A DNA stretch of 64,000 nucleotides from Candidatus Latescibacterota bacterium (GCA_965205485.1 OZ242180.1:3360001-3424000); one strand, 5' to 3'. Shown: positions 1 through 10,294, counted from the stretch's first letter. Notes: generated by a model from the letters alone, not told the origin. Program-made: numbers and translations.

Positions 1-64
1 GTTTGACGAGCAGTCCGGCGCAGCCGACGAAGAAGACGATTTTTCCTTCTAAGGAGTCCCGTTT

Positions 65-1855
65 ATGGCTGAGCACGAACACGGTGACCACGGACACCAC
101 GAGATGCCCTTCTGGCAAAAGTACGTATTCTCTACCGATCACAAGGTCATCGGGATCCAATACGCCGTCACGGCGCTGGTTTTCCTTTTCCTGGGCTTCT
201 GCCTGATGATGATGATGCGCTGGCAACTGGCCTATCCCGGACAGCCCATGCCGTGGATCGGGGGTTTGTTCGGCGAGATAAATATGCCGGAAGGCATCAT
301 GGTGCCCGAGTTCTACAACCAGCTGGGCGCCATGCACGGCACAATCATGGTCTTTATGGGCGTGGTCCCGCTGGCGGTCGGCGGCTTCGGAAACTACGTG
401 CTGCCGCTTCAGATCGGCGCGCCGGACATGGCGTTTCCGAAGCTGAATATGGCGAGTTACTGGGTGTTTGTCCTGGGCGGCATCATTATGCTGGCCAGCT
501 TTTTCGTGCCCGAGGGCGCGGCGCAGTCCGGCTGGACGTCCTATCCGCCCCTGGCCAACATCGCGCCGACGGGGCAGACATGGTGGCTGTGGGGCATGGT
601 CGCCCTGATCACGTCCTCGCTTCTGGGTTCTGTGAACTTCATCGTAACCACGGTGCAGATGAGGGCCGAGGGACTCTCGTTCTTCCGGTTGCCGTTCTTC
701 GTTTGGGCGCAGTTCGTCACGGCGTTTCTGCTGCTTCTGGCGTTTCCGCCGCTCGAGGCCGCCGGCGTTATGCAGCTGATGGATCGGATCGCGGGTACCA
801 GCTTTTTCATGCCGAGCGGACTGGTCGTAACCGGACAGCCGCTGGAGGTGAGCGGCGGCGGCAGCCCGCTGTTGTGGCAGCACCTGTTCTGGTTTCTCGC
901 GCATCCGGAAGTCTACGTGCTGATTCTTCCGGCGATGGGAATTGTCGGCGAGATCGTGGCCAACAACACGCGCCGGCCGCTGTGGGGATATCGCACGCTG
1001 GTCTACTCCATTGTCTTCCTCGGGTTCATGTCGTTTATCGTCTGGGCGCACCACATGTTCATGACCGGGATGGGGACGACAATCAGTACCTTCTTCCAGG
1101 CCACGACCATGATCATCTCCATTCCCTCGGTCATTATCCTGACGGCGTTCGCGTTGAGCCTGCACGGCGGGTCCATCCGGTTTACGGTACCCATGCTGTT
1201 CTGTCTGGCGTTCATTCCTATGTTCGCCATCGGCGGGTTGACCGGGCTGCCGCTGGGCCTCACGGCCTCGGACCTGCATCTTCACGATACCTATTACGTG
1301 ATCGGCCACTTCCACTACGTGGTGGCGCCGGGGACGATTTTCGCGCTGTTCGCGGGGATCTATTACTGGTTCCCCAAAGCCACGGGCCGCATGATGAACG
1401 ATGCGCTGGGCAAGCTGCATTTCTGGACCAGCCTGATCTTCATGAACGGTGTGTTCATGCCGATGTTGTTCGTGGGGATGGCCGGGGTTTCCAGACGCCT
1501 GTACGACCAGACGCAGTACGCTTACGGGGCGCAGGTGCAGGGCCTGACTGCGATGAGTTCCTGGTCTGCATGGCTGCTGGGGCTGGCGCAGATCTTCTTC
1601 ATCGTCAACTTCATCATGAGTATCCGGAAGGGCAAAAAGGTGGAGTCGGACAATCCATGGCAGGCCACCACGCTCGAGTGGGCGACGCCCACGCCCCCGC
1701 CACACGGGAATTTCGCGGTGACGCCCAGAGTCTACCGGGGGCCCTACGAATACAGTGTGCCCGGTGCTTCAAGCGATTTCACGCCGCAGCACGCTTCTGA
1801 AAACGGGCAGGTTGCCCAACCCGAACCGGCGCCCACGCCCGCCCACGACGATTGA
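65..1855 (+). CDS. ctaD: cytochrome c oxidase subunit I (A1-type heme-copper oxidase)
   Basis: STDHKVIG, MHGTIM, PDMAFP, GWTSYPP, HPEVY, VWAHHM and HDTYYVIGHFHY motifs. Confidence 0.97.
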   Translation: MAEHEHGDHGHHEMPFWQKYVFSTDHKVIGIQYAVTALVFLFLGFCLMMMMRWQLAYPGQPMPWIGGLFGEINMPEGIMVPEFYNQLGAMHGTIMVFMGVVPLAVGGFGNYVLPLQIGAPDMAFPKLNMASYWVFVLGGIIMLASFFVPEGAAQSGWTSYPPLANIAPTGQTWWLWGMVALITSSLLGSVNFIVTTVQMRAEGLSFFRLPFFVWAQFVTAFLLLLAFPPLEAAGVMQLMDRIAGTSFFMPSGLVVTGQPLEVSGGGSPLLWQHLFWFLAHPEVYVLILPAMGIVGEIVANNTRRPLWGYRTLVYSIVFLGFMSFIVWAHHMFMTGMGTTISTFFQATTMIISIPSVIILTAFALSLHGGSIRFTVPMLFCLAFIPMFAIGGLTGLPLGLTASDLHLHDTYYVIGHFHYVVAPGTIFALFAGIYYWFPKATGRMMNDALGKLHFWTSLIFMNGVFMPMLFVGMAGVSRRLYDQTQYAYGAQVQGLTAMSSWSAWLLGLAQIFFIVNFIMSIRKGKKVESDNPWQATTLEWATPTPPPHGNFAVTPRVYRGPYEYSVPGASSDFTPQHASENGQVAQPEPAPTPAHDD

Positions 1856-1930
1856 CCCCGTCGCCCGGCACGTTGGAACCCGGGCATCGGTCCGAGAAAA
1901 CATACGAATCCTGGTCAAAGGAGATAAACG

Positions 1931-2530
1931 GTGTCTGTTGAAGAAATCCCACACACGGTGGAGCCGCATCCGATAACCGGGGTGTACAACGGGAAATTCG
2001 GGATCTGGCTGTTCCTGGCTTCCGAGGTCATGTTGTTTGGCGCGCTGTTTTCAACGCTGGTCCTGCTCAGGGTGGGCGCGCCAAGCTGGCCGCATGGCTG
2101 GGAGTTGCTGAACGTCCCGCTGGCCACGCTGAATACGTTCGTACTCATTGCCTCGAGTGTGACGATGGTGATGTCCTGGGCATCCCTGAAACTGGACAAT
2201 TTCGGCAGGTTCAAGCTCTACTTAGGACTGACGGTCCTGCTGGCGTTCGTGTTCCTGGTTGTGAAGTACTTCGAATACACCCACAAATTCCATCTTGGCA
2301 TCTATCCGTCCACGAGTACGTTCTACGCCACGTACTTTACGATGACCGGCCTGCACGGGTTGCACGTGGTTGGCGGCATCGTGGTGAATCTCTACCTGCT
2401 TTTCCCCGGAAGCAAGCTCTGGCATACGGCGCCGGAGCAGTTTGCCAACCGGATCGAATGCGCCGGGCTCTACTGGCACTTTGTGGATCTGGTCTGGATC
2501 TTCCTGTTCCCGATTCTATATTTGCTGTAA
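1931..2530 (+). CDS. ctaE: cytochrome c oxidase subunit III
   Basis: WLFLASEVMLFG, TGLHGLHV, YWHFVDLVW; SD GGAG upstream. Confidence 0.95.
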   Translation: MSVEEIPHTVEPHPITGVYNGKFGIWLFLASEVMLFGALFSTLVLLRVGAPSWPHGWELLNVPLATLNTFVLIASSVTMVMSWASLKLDNFGRFKLYLGLTVLLAFVFLVVKYFEYTHKFHLGIYPSTSTFYATYFTMTGLHGLHVVGGIVVNLYLLFPGSKLWHTAPEQFANRIECAGLYWHFVDLVWIFLFPILYLL

Positions 2531-2540
2531 GGAGCGTGGT

Positions 2541-2858
2541 ATGGCTGAGAGCGCTGAAGAGATCAGAAAACACGTGCGGGTCTACATTCTGGTGTTTGCC
2601 GCGCTGGCCGTGCTGACGGTTGTAACGGTCGGCGTCTCCTATCTCCAGATCGAGTCGATCGCGGCTACGGTCCTGATCGCGCTGTTCATCGCGAGTATCA
2701 AAGGCGGGCTGGTCGCCGGTTATTTCATGCACCTGGTATCTGAAAAACAGATCATCTACTGGGTGCTGGCGCTGACGGTCGCCTTTTTTGTGGTCCTGAT
2801 GTTGCTGCCGTCCTTTACGGAATTCACTGGCGTGGGCGAAATGGACGGGCAGTCGTGA
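2541..2858 (+). CDS. cytochrome c oxidase subunit IV family protein
   Basis: Three hydrophobic helices with KGGLVAGYFMHL motif; ATG 2541 after AAGGAG. Confidence 0.85.
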   Translation: MAESAEEIRKHVRVYILVFAALAVLTVVTVGVSYLQIESIAATVLIALFIASIKGGLVAGYFMHLVSEKQIIYWVLALTVAFFVVLMLLPSFTEFTGVGEMDGQS

Positions 2859-2871
2859 TTCGGAGGACGCA

Positions 2872-3078
2872 ATGTCTCTGAAGGCATTCCACGTGGTCTT
2901 TGTCACCGTTTCCATTCTCTGCTGTATGGGATTCGGCGTCTGGGCGATTCAGGACTGGGTCGCAACGGGCAACGGAACGAACCTCGCACTGGGCGTGGCC
3001 TCGTTCGCGGGGTGCGGCGTCCTGGTCTGGTACGGCCTCTGGTTCCTTAAAAAGCTCAAGGGATGGAGTTATCTGTGA
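2872..3078 (+). CDS. small two-helix membrane protein in cox operon
   Basis: 68 aa hydrophobic ORF with SD GGAGG, inside the operon. Confidence 0.75.
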   Translation: MSLKAFHVVFVTVSILCCMGFGVWAIQDWVATGNGTNLALGVASFAGCGVLVWYGLWFLKKLKGWSYL

Positions 3079-3365
3079 GACGCGCCTGTGTTGCCGCGGC
3101 CGTGTCCGTTGGCGTCATGCTTCCCGAGATGGTTCGGGCCTGCGCCGTATGTTACGGGGATCCGGAATCCGATATGGCGAAAGGCGCTGCCGCGGGGGTT
3201 CTGGTGCTGATGGGCATCGTCGTGTCCGTGCTGGGCGGAATTGTGGGCGTGACGATCTTCTGGGTGCGCCGGGCGCGACGTTTCGGGAACGTGGGGAGTC
3301 TTTCCCGGGGCCGACCGGGAATGCTCGGTTTGAACGGCAAATGGCTTGCCGCCGACGCGGAATAG
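3075..3365 (+). CDS. small membrane protein with CxxC (CAVCYG) motif
   Basis: GTG overlapping the upstream stop; signal-like N-terminus, CAVCYGDP, one TM helix; start uncertain. Confidence 0.65.
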   Translation: MRRACVAAAVSVGVMLPEMVRACAVCYGDPESDMAKGAAAGVLVLMGIVVSVLGGIVGVTIFWVRRARRFGNVGSLSRGRPGMLGLNGKWLAADAE

Positions 3366-3405
3366 GCGGGGTTGGCGGGTGAGCCTGACGGAAATGGAAT
3401 TCGCA

Positions 3406-4398
3406 ATGTCGAAGGGGTATCGCTGGCTGCACCGGTTCTCCGTGTTCACGGCTGGCGCGACCCTTTTTTTAATTTTCGCCGGGGCGATGGTCAGCAGTAC
3501 GGGTTCGGGGCTGGCGGTCCCGGACTGGCCGCTTTCGTATGGGATGTTATTTCCGCCCATGGTCGGCGGTATCTTCTACGAACACGGCCACCGGATGGTG
3601 GCGGCGTTCGTGGGAATCCTGACGACCGCGCTTGCCATCTGGTTGTGGCGGCGGGAAGAGCGGCGCTGGTTGCGTAACCTGGGTGTGGCCGCCCTGGCTG
3701 CGATTGTCCTGCAGGGTCTGCTCGGCGGGTTGACGGTACTCTATCTCCTGCCCACGTGGATTTCCGTGAGTCACGCCTGCCTGGCGCAGGCCTTTTTCTG
3801 TCTAACCGTGGGCATTGCGCTGTTTACGTCGGCCGGCTGGCGGGCTGAGGCGGAACCGATGCCGGAGACGGGGGGGACGCCGCTGAAATGGCTGGCCTCG
3901 GCCGGCACGTTGGTGGTCTTCATCCAGCTTGTACTCGGCGCGCTGATGCGGCATACCGAATCCGGCCTGGCCATTCCCGATTTCCCGCTTTCCTTCGGTC
4001 GTCTGGTTCCGCCGTTCTCCGAATTGACCGTGGATGTGACGGACCCGTTTCCCATTTCAATCGAGACGTTTCGGACCCGTGTTGCCATTCACTTTGCCCA
4101 TCGGGCGTGGGCGGTCGTCGTGTCCGGTGTTCTGGTCTGGACGGCGTACCGCGTCCTGCGCACGCAGGGGACCCGGCCCGATCTGACGAGGCCCTCCGTG
4201 GTTTTGCTGGCGCTGCTTTTTGTTCAATTGGCGCTGGGGGCCCTTGTAATCTGGACGGGCAAGGCGGTCGCTATAACAACGTCGCACGTGGTCGTGGGAG
4301 CGATGGCGCTTGCCACCAGCCTGGTACTGACGCTGCGTGTATGGCGGATTTGCGTTGTTGTAAACCCCGAGGTCGTCTCTGTGTCTACAGGTCGCTGA
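3406..4398 (+). CDS. ctaA: heme A synthase (COX15/CtaA family)
   Basis: GSGLAVPDWP, YEHGHR, LQGLLGGLTV, HFAHR motifs. Confidence 0.9.
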   Translation: MSKGYRWLHRFSVFTAGATLFLIFAGAMVSSTGSGLAVPDWPLSYGMLFPPMVGGIFYEHGHRMVAAFVGILTTALAIWLWRREERRWLRNLGVAALAAIVLQGLLGGLTVLYLLPTWISVSHACLAQAFFCLTVGIALFTSAGWRAEAEPMPETGGTPLKWLASAGTLVVFIQLVLGALMRHTESGLAIPDFPLSFGRLVPPFSELTVDVTDPFPISIETFRTRVAIHFAHRAWAVVVSGVLVWTAYRVLRTQGTRPDLTRPSVVLLALLFVQLALGALVIWTGKAVAITTSHVVVGAMALATSLVLTLRVWRICVVVNPEVVSVSTGR

Positions 4399-4419
4399 TC
4401 TCTGGAGGTCTTTTGTTCC

Positions 4420-5322
4420 ATGAAACCGCGTGTTGAGGCCGGGACGGCGGATGCGGCACTGTCGTGGGCGCGCTTGATGGACTATCTGGCCCTCACCAAG
4501 CCCAAAATAACCATATTTGTCGTCCTGAGTACAACGGTTGGATTCGTTCTGGGTGCGGCCGGTGTCTTCGAGTCCGCTCGACTCCTTCATACGCTGCTGG
4601 CGACGGTCCTGGTCGCGAGCGGATCGGCCGTTCTGAACCAGTTTCTGGAACGTAAAACGGACGCCCGGATGGAACGTACGGCGAGCCGCCCGTTGCCTGC
4701 CGGGCGCCTGTATACTGAGGAAGCTTATCTGTTCGGGCTGCTGCTGTCCGGAACCGGCATCCTATATATGGGGCTGCAGATCAACTGGCTCGCCGGCTCT
4801 CTGGCAGGGCTGACAACGGTCATCTATCTGTTCATGTATACGCCGTTGAAGCGGATATCGACGCACAACACGTTTGTCGGCGCCGTTGCGGGCGCCTTGC
4901 CGCCAATGGGAGGCTGGGCCGCGGCGCAGGGGGAGATCGGCGGCGGCGCGTGGCTGTTGTTCGGCATCCTGTTCCTCTGGCAGTTTCCACACTTTTACTC
5001 TATCGCATGGATTTACAGGGACGACTACGCCAGCGGCGGATTCAAGATGATTTCCATCGACGATCCGGCCGGCCGCCGGACAGCAACGCAGATCGGCCTC
5101 TACAGCGCCATCCTGCTGGCTTTTTCCTTCCTGCCGTGGCTCGCGGAATTGACCGGTCTGCTCTACGCGGCCGTGGCGGCGGCAGTGGGGATCTGCCTCG
5201 CCTATTCTGTTGTTGTATTTTCCAGAACCCGGTCGGAGAAGAACGCGAGACGGCTGCTGCGCACGACGCTGGTCTATCTGCCTCTGCTCTGGTTCGCCCT
5301 ATTGTTCGATACGTTGCTGTAG
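4420..5322 (+). CDS. ctaB: protoheme IX farnesyltransferase (heme O synthase)
   Basis: LTKPKI, DARMERTASRPLP, YTPLKR, WQFPHF, YRDDY. Confidence 0.95.
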   Translation: MKPRVEAGTADAALSWARLMDYLALTKPKITIFVVLSTTVGFVLGAAGVFESARLLHTLLATVLVASGSAVLNQFLERKTDARMERTASRPLPAGRLYTEEAYLFGLLLSGTGILYMGLQINWLAGSLAGLTTVIYLFMYTPLKRISTHNTFVGAVAGALPPMGGWAAAQGEIGGGAWLLFGILFLWQFPHFYSIAWIYRDDYASGGFKMISIDDPAGRRTATQIGLYSAILLAFSFLPWLAELTGLLYAAVAAAVGICLAYSVVVFSRTRSEKNARRLLRTTLVYLPLLWFALLFDTLL

Positions 5323-5493
5323 TTTAGTCGGGCGCCGCGAACCAGGTTATTGCCGGGTGATAGGGATTGCCTATCACCTTTCTCTTTTCGGATGGTGTCG
5401 CTTTCCTTTGTCTGGCTGACCTGATATTTCCGCGGGCCTCGCGCCGCCGTTACGTCAGCCAGGCGGTCTCAAGACAGCTTTCGCGGAGTTCTT

Positions 5494-6435
5494 TTGTCGC
5501 TTGCCATCGCAGTTGCCGGATTGCGCCATTGTTACGGAAACCGGAGCGCGCTTGACGGAATCGACCTTCGAATCGAGAGGGGCGAGGTCTACGGCCTGCT
5601 GGGCCCTAACGGCGGCGGGAAGACGACCCTTTTTCGCATCCTGAGCACGCTTCTCGAACCCTCCGAAGGAACGGTTCGCATTTTGGACCGTGACCTGCTT
5701 CGGGATGCCGCGGATATTCGCGCCCGAATCGGTGTGGTGTTTCAGCATGCCAGCCTGGACCTCAAACTGACGGTTCTTGAAAACCTGCGCCATCAGGGCC
5801 ATCTGTACGGTCTGCGCGGGCGCGGCTTGATGGAGCGGATCGAATCGGTTCTCCGGAGCGCCGGCCTCACGGATCGCGAGAACGACAGGACGGAGGAGCT
5901 TTCCGGCGGACTTCGGAGGCGCGTGGACCTGGCGAGAGGACTCCTGCACCGGCCGGAACTTTTGTTGTTCGACGAACCCTCCAGCGGATTGGACCCGCTC
6001 GCGCGCAGAACGCTGTGGGATGACTTGCGGAAGCTTCGGGAGGAAGAGGGCGCCACCGTCCTGCTGACCACGCATTTCATCGAAGAGGCGGAGCGATGCG
6101 ACCGCGTGGGCATACTGGACCGGGGGCGGCTTGTCGCGCAGGGTGCGCCGGACGCGCTGAAGCGTTCGATGAACAAAGACGTTCTGGTGATCGAAGCCGA
6201 ACATACGGAGGCACTGAGAGCCGAAATCAAAGCGCAGGTGAGCGTAACATCGGCGCTTGTGGACGGAACCCTGCGCATCGAGTGCGACGACGGGCAGGCG
6301 ATGATGGCTTCACTGTACGCCGGTTTCCGGGAACGGATCTCTGCAATCAGACTGGGACGGCCCACATTGGAGGATGTGTTCATCCGGGAGACGGGGCGTC
6401 CGTTCGAGACGGCGGAGGGCGGGAATGCCGGATAG
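5494..6435 (+). CDS. ABC transporter ATP-binding protein
   Basis: Walker A GPNGGGKT, LSGG signature, Walker B LLFDEP, C-terminal PTLEDVF. Confidence 0.95.
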   Translation: MSLAIAVAGLRHCYGNRSALDGIDLRIERGEVYGLLGPNGGGKTTLFRILSTLLEPSEGTVRILDRDLLRDAADIRARIGVVFQHASLDLKLTVLENLRHQGHLYGLRGRGLMERIESVLRSAGLTDRENDRTEELSGGLRRRVDLARGLLHRPELLLFDEPSSGLDPLARRTLWDDLRKLREEEGATVLLTTHFIEEAERCDRVGILDRGRLVAQGAPDALKRSMNKDVLVIEAEHTEALRAEIKAQVSVTSALVDGTLRIECDDGQAMMASLYAGFRERISAIRLGRPTLEDVFIRETGRPFETAEGGNAG

Positions 6436-7234
6436 CCCGCGCCACGGCGAAGGGTTTTTCCTCCCGGCGGCGACGCTGTGGAAGCGGGAGCTCGTGCGAT
6501 TCGCGAGAGACCGGCACCGGCTGCTTGGCGCGATCCTGCAGCCGTTCGTATTCTGGCTGCTGCTGGGCATCGGAATGAGCGCGTCTTTCGCACCCGCGGG
6601 CATTGCGGGGACGATGAGTTACCTGGAATATATCTATCCCGGCGTCCTCCTGATGGTCCTGCTCTTCACGGCCATTTTCTCCACGATTTCGGTGGTTGAG
6701 GACCGCAGAGAGGGGTTTATGCAATCCGTACTGGTCGCTCCGGTTTCCCGGAGCGGTGTGGTGATCGGCAAGGTGCTGGGCGGTACGACGCTGGCCGTGT
6801 TGGAAGGGGCGGTTTTCCTGTTGTTCGTATATCAACTGGATATTCCGGTCAACCCGGCTTCTCTCGCCGCAACCGTGGCGTTTCTGTTTCTGGTGGGCCT
6901 GGCGCTCACAGGCCTGGGTTTCGCAATCGCGTGGCGAATGGCGTCCACGGCGGGGTTCCATGCCATCATGAACCTCTTCCTGCTGCCGATGTGGGCGCTC
7001 TCGGGGGCATTGTTCCCGCTTTCCGGCGTGCCGGACTGGCTCGCGTGGGTGATGCGGATCAATCCGTTGACCTATGGCGTTGCAGGCGTTCGGCATACGC
7101 TGTACATGGAGGCGCCCGAACTGGCGGGAAGGGTGCCGTCGTTCGAGGCGTGTCTTCTTGTGACGAGCCTGTTCGTTGTCCTGACGTTGGGTATTTCCAT
7201 GTTTTTGATCAGGCGGCAGGAAGGAGTGAGATAG
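6425..7234 (+). CDS. ABC-2 type transporter permease
   Basis: DRREGF..LVAPVSR, LSGALFP..P.WL, NPLTY. Confidence 0.92.
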   Translation: MPDSPRHGEGFFLPAATLWKRELVRFARDRHRLLGAILQPFVFWLLLGIGMSASFAPAGIAGTMSYLEYIYPGVLLMVLLFTAIFSTISVVEDRREGFMQSVLVAPVSRSGVVIGKVLGGTTLAVLEGAVFLLFVYQLDIPVNPASLAATVAFLFLVGLALTGLGFAIAWRMASTAGFHAIMNLFLLPMWALSGALFPLSGVPDWLAWVMRINPLTYGVAGVRHTLYMEAPELAGRVPSFEACLLVTSLFVVLTLGISMFLIRRQEGVR

Positions 7235-7239
7235 ATACG

Positions 7240-7872
7240 ATGGGCGCACCCAGGCAGGTTCGTGTATTCTGGTTGGTGCTGACAGGCGCGACGCTATTGA
7301 TGCTGACGGTGGGCGCGTTCCTGTTCCTGCGCGAAGTCAAGGCCATACGGGCCCATTCGCAGCGGTTGCCGGTTCTGAGCGAGGTCCCGGAGTTCGTGCT
7401 CCTGGAACGCAGCGGCGATGAGATGGGTCTGTCGGAACTGCTCGGCAATGTCTGGGTTGCGGACTTTATCTTCACGCATTGCGCCGGCCCCTGTCCGCTG
7501 CTTTCAGCGCAGATGCAGGCGCTTCAGGCTCCTCTAAGGAAGTATCCGGACGCGCGGCTGGTGTCTTTTTCGGTGGATCCGGAGCGGGATACTCCCGCGG
7601 TGCTTTCCGGGTATGCGGACCGCTATCTGGCGGATGAAGATCGCTGGCTGTTTCTGACAGGTGAGAAGACCGAGGTTTACAGCGTCATTCGTAACGGCTT
7701 TCAACTGGGTGTGGGGGGTGTGGAAGAAGGCACGGACCAGATTATGCACAGCCTGCGCTTTGCGCTGGTGGACAGGCAGGGGCGGGTCAGGGCCTATTAC
7801 GATGGGACCGATCCCGGCCTCGCGAAGAAGCTGTTGCCCGACATGAAGATGCTGTTGAAGGAAAGCGAGTGA
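7240..7872 (+). CDS. SCO1/SenC copper chaperone
   Basis: FIFTHCAGPCP (CxxxC), SVDPERDT, conserved His; N-terminal TM anchor. Confidence 0.93.
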   Translation: MGAPRQVRVFWLVLTGATLLMLTVGAFLFLREVKAIRAHSQRLPVLSEVPEFVLLERSGDEMGLSELLGNVWVADFIFTHCAGPCPLLSAQMQALQAPLRKYPDARLVSFSVDPERDTPAVLSGYADRYLADEDRWLFLTGEKTEVYSVIRNGFQLGVGGVEEGTDQIMHSLRFALVDRQGRVRAYYDGTDPGLAKKLLPDMKMLLKESE

Positions 7873-8080
7873 GTTTCCCTGCGCTATGCCGGACGGCACA
7901 AGCTCCCATTCAGTTGATGTCCGGCGGCCGCCTCACGGATTCTGTGGCGGCGTTCGCCGGCAATCCCGTCTGTTTGATGGAACTCGATAGCCGCCAGAGA
8001 GTTAGAACGGGTGTTCGGATCCGGCTCCGTTTATGGTGCAGCGAGGCAAGGAGTCTATCCACGGGGTTTTCCCGCCTGTC

Positions 8081-8800
8081 ATGTTTTTTCCAAGGAATAT
8101 CGTGCGCTGGACACCGGTGTTGTTCTGCCTGGCTACCCTTGCTGGCTGTGGTCTGCTGGACAGACAGGAACAGCCGCAGATTGTGGAGCTTTCCACGGAC
8201 CAGGATGACTATCCATCCGTAGGCCGCGGAAGCAAGGTCCAGATTACGCTCTTCACTGAAGACGCGGACAACGACGAACTGGACTATCTGTGGACCGACC
8301 TCAGGAGGGAAGAGGGCGGGCAGTTCGCTGCGAGCAACCAGGATTCCCTGAGAGGGCTTTTTCAGGACTCGGTGACCGTCGTCTGGATCGCGCCCATCGT
8401 AACGGGCGTCTATACGCTCAAGGTTCAAGTTGACGACGGGAAATCAGGCACCATTACAGAGGGAATGGTCGAGATTCACGTCACCCAGGGAGCGCCCGTG
8501 GCGGATGCGGGGATTGATCGTACCGTCCCATACGCGAGCGGACTCCGCGTGACGCTGGACGGCACGGGAAGTTCGGACCCGGACCGGGACCCCCTCCGGT
8601 ATACCTGGACGCAGCTCGACGGACCCGGGGTCGATTTCGACGCCGAGAACAGCATGCCGGTCTTCCGGGCCGTTGCGCCGGCCGACTTTATCTTCGAGCT
8701 GAGCGTCCGAGACGATATTGTCGTTGCCGAAGGTGCGATTACAAGCGAACCCGACACCGTGACCGTACGCGTGGACGACCGTCTGGGGTTTGATTTCTGA
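8081..8800 (+). CDS. putative lipoprotein with PKD/Ig-like domains
   Basis: Lipobox LAGC; PVADAG..VTLDGTGSSDPD..YTWTQ PKD-like repeat; start uncertain. Confidence 0.75.
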   Translation: MFFPRNIVRWTPVLFCLATLAGCGLLDRQEQPQIVELSTDQDDYPSVGRGSKVQITLFTEDADNDELDYLWTDLRREEGGQFAASNQDSLRGLFQDSVTVVWIAPIVTGVYTLKVQVDDGKSGTITEGMVEIHVTQGAPVADAGIDRTVPYASGLRVTLDGTGSSDPDRDPLRYTWTQLDGPGVDFDAENSMPVFRAVAPADFIFELSVRDDIVVAEGAITSEPDTVTVRVDDRLGFDF

Positions 8801-8828
8801 AAGCTTTTCACGCTGGGCAATGAATCAG

Positions 8829-8858
8829 AAAGCAGGCGTTGACCTGCTTTTCTTTTTT
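8829..8858 (+). terminator. putative intrinsic terminator
   Basis: AAGCAGG-cgttga-CCTGCTT hairpin followed by a T-rich tract. Confidence 0.6.
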
Positions 8859-8873
8859 GCGGTATCGGAGGGA

Positions 8874-10130
8874 ATGTTGGCGCGGGTTTCAGAGAATTCG
8901 GTCTTCATCACGGTGGAGAAGGGCGCCCACCTCCTTGGGGGGATGCTGCTTCTGGTGGGTGTGGCGCGTCTTCTCGGGGAAAGCGGACTGGCCGATTACG
9001 CCTTTGTCATTGGCCTGACCGCTTTTTTCGTTCCAATTCTGGATGCGGGAACGAACAACAGGATCATCAAAGCCGCGGCTTCGAGTCCGGCGGAGGGCCG
9101 CGTCGCGTGCCTGGAGGCCCTGTCGTTCAAGCTGGTCCTGGCCCTGCCCGCACTGGTGGTGATGGCAGGGGTTGCGTGGGCGATAGGCGCCGGGCCGGAT
9201 GTGACGCTGGCCGTGCTGCTCGTGGGCGTTTCCACGGTTTCGATGAGTATGGGGGACGGGCTCAATGCGGTTTTCAAAGGCCTCCAGCGCTCGGGAACCT
9301 GCGCCCTGCTGATGCTGGGACTTAACGTCCTCCTGCTGGCAAGCGGGGTTGGCGCGATGATTGCCGGCTGGGGTCTTGTCGGCGTCGCATCGTGCTATCT
9401 GGTCTGCCGGGCGGGCTATCTCGCGGCCGGGTTCGTCCTGGTCCGGAGGGCGGCGGGTGAACTTGGCCCTGTTCTTCGAGCGGAATTCAACCGGCATCGG
9501 ATCGTAGACGGGTTGAAGCATCTGCCCGCGGTGTATTACCTGATCAACCTGTTGAGTCTGAATTACCTTGCGATCTATCATCAGACCGGAGGCGGCGCCG
9601 AAGCCGGATTTCTGGCCGTCGGGTTCCGTCTGGCGGCGGCGCTGCTCATTCTGATCGGTGCGAGTTTCGAGGCCGTCCTGCCCGCGCTCAGCACACGGCT
9701 GACCGATGGGCAGGCGTTCATGAAACTCGTCGTCCGGTCTGCGGTTACGCTGACGGGAATTGCCCTTGCGGCTTCGGTGGCCGTGCAACTGATGCTTGGA
9801 CCGGCGGTAACGTGGCTTCTGGGGCAGGCATATCTTCCCGCGTTGCCGTTCGCAATGCAACTGGTCTGGTGTGTGCCGCCTTTTGTGTTGTGCGGCGTGG
9901 CACACACAACGCTGCTCGCTGCCCACGAGCAGGGTCGCGCGGCAGGGTGGATGGCGGTGCTGGTTGTCGTTGGCGCGGTCGCGAGTGTCTTCGCGTACCA
10001 ATACCATGGCCCCGTATTGACGGCGTTTGTTCCCGCGGTCTCCGCATGTGCGCTGGGTGTTGTACTATGGTGGCTTGTGGGAAGCCGTAGAGAGGTGATC
10101 CATGGGTCCGCGGCCGGGCAGGGTTCATAG
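8874..10130 (+). CDS. polysaccharide flippase-like MOP family membrane protein
   Basis: About 12 TM helices, ARLLG...DYAF...DAG pattern typical of Wzx-like exporters; SD GGAGG. Confidence 0.7.
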   Translation: MLARVSENSVFITVEKGAHLLGGMLLLVGVARLLGESGLADYAFVIGLTAFFVPILDAGTNNRIIKAAASSPAEGRVACLEALSFKLVLALPALVVMAGVAWAIGAGPDVTLAVLLVGVSTVSMSMGDGLNAVFKGLQRSGTCALLMLGLNVLLLASGVGAMIAGWGLVGVASCYLVCRAGYLAAGFVLVRRAAGELGPVLRAEFNRHRIVDGLKHLPAVYYLINLLSLNYLAIYHQTGGGAEAGFLAVGFRLAAALLILIGASFEAVLPALSTRLTDGQAFMKLVVRSAVTLTGIALAASVAVQLMLGPAVTWLLGQAYLPALPFAMQLVWCVPPFVLCGVAHTTLLAAHEQGRAAGWMAVLVVVGAVASVFAYQYHGPVLTAFVPAVSACALGVVLWWLVGSRREVIHGSAAGQGS

Positions 10131-10294
10131 TGTCCTGTCCCAAAAATTCCTCACCATTCGACCGACGATTCATCCCGTCTCGCTACGTTGCCCTCGCTCG
10201 CCGACCATACGCAGGTCGCCTGCGCTCAGGCGCCTTGCGAGCCGGGCGACTCGGCGGTCGAATTTAGGCAACTTATTTCCGGGACAGAACACTA
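10128..10294. mobile_element. ~165-bp MITE with TA ends (IS630-like termini)
   Basis: TIR TAGTGTCCTGTCCC / GGGACAGAACACTA (13/14) plus internal inverted repeat; no ORF. Confidence 0.7.

Noticed and set aside
253..1800. 515-aa alternative-frame ORF over ctaD and similar Arg/Gly-rich overlapping ORFs
   Set aside because: Stop-poor alternative frames typical of high-GC coding DNA.
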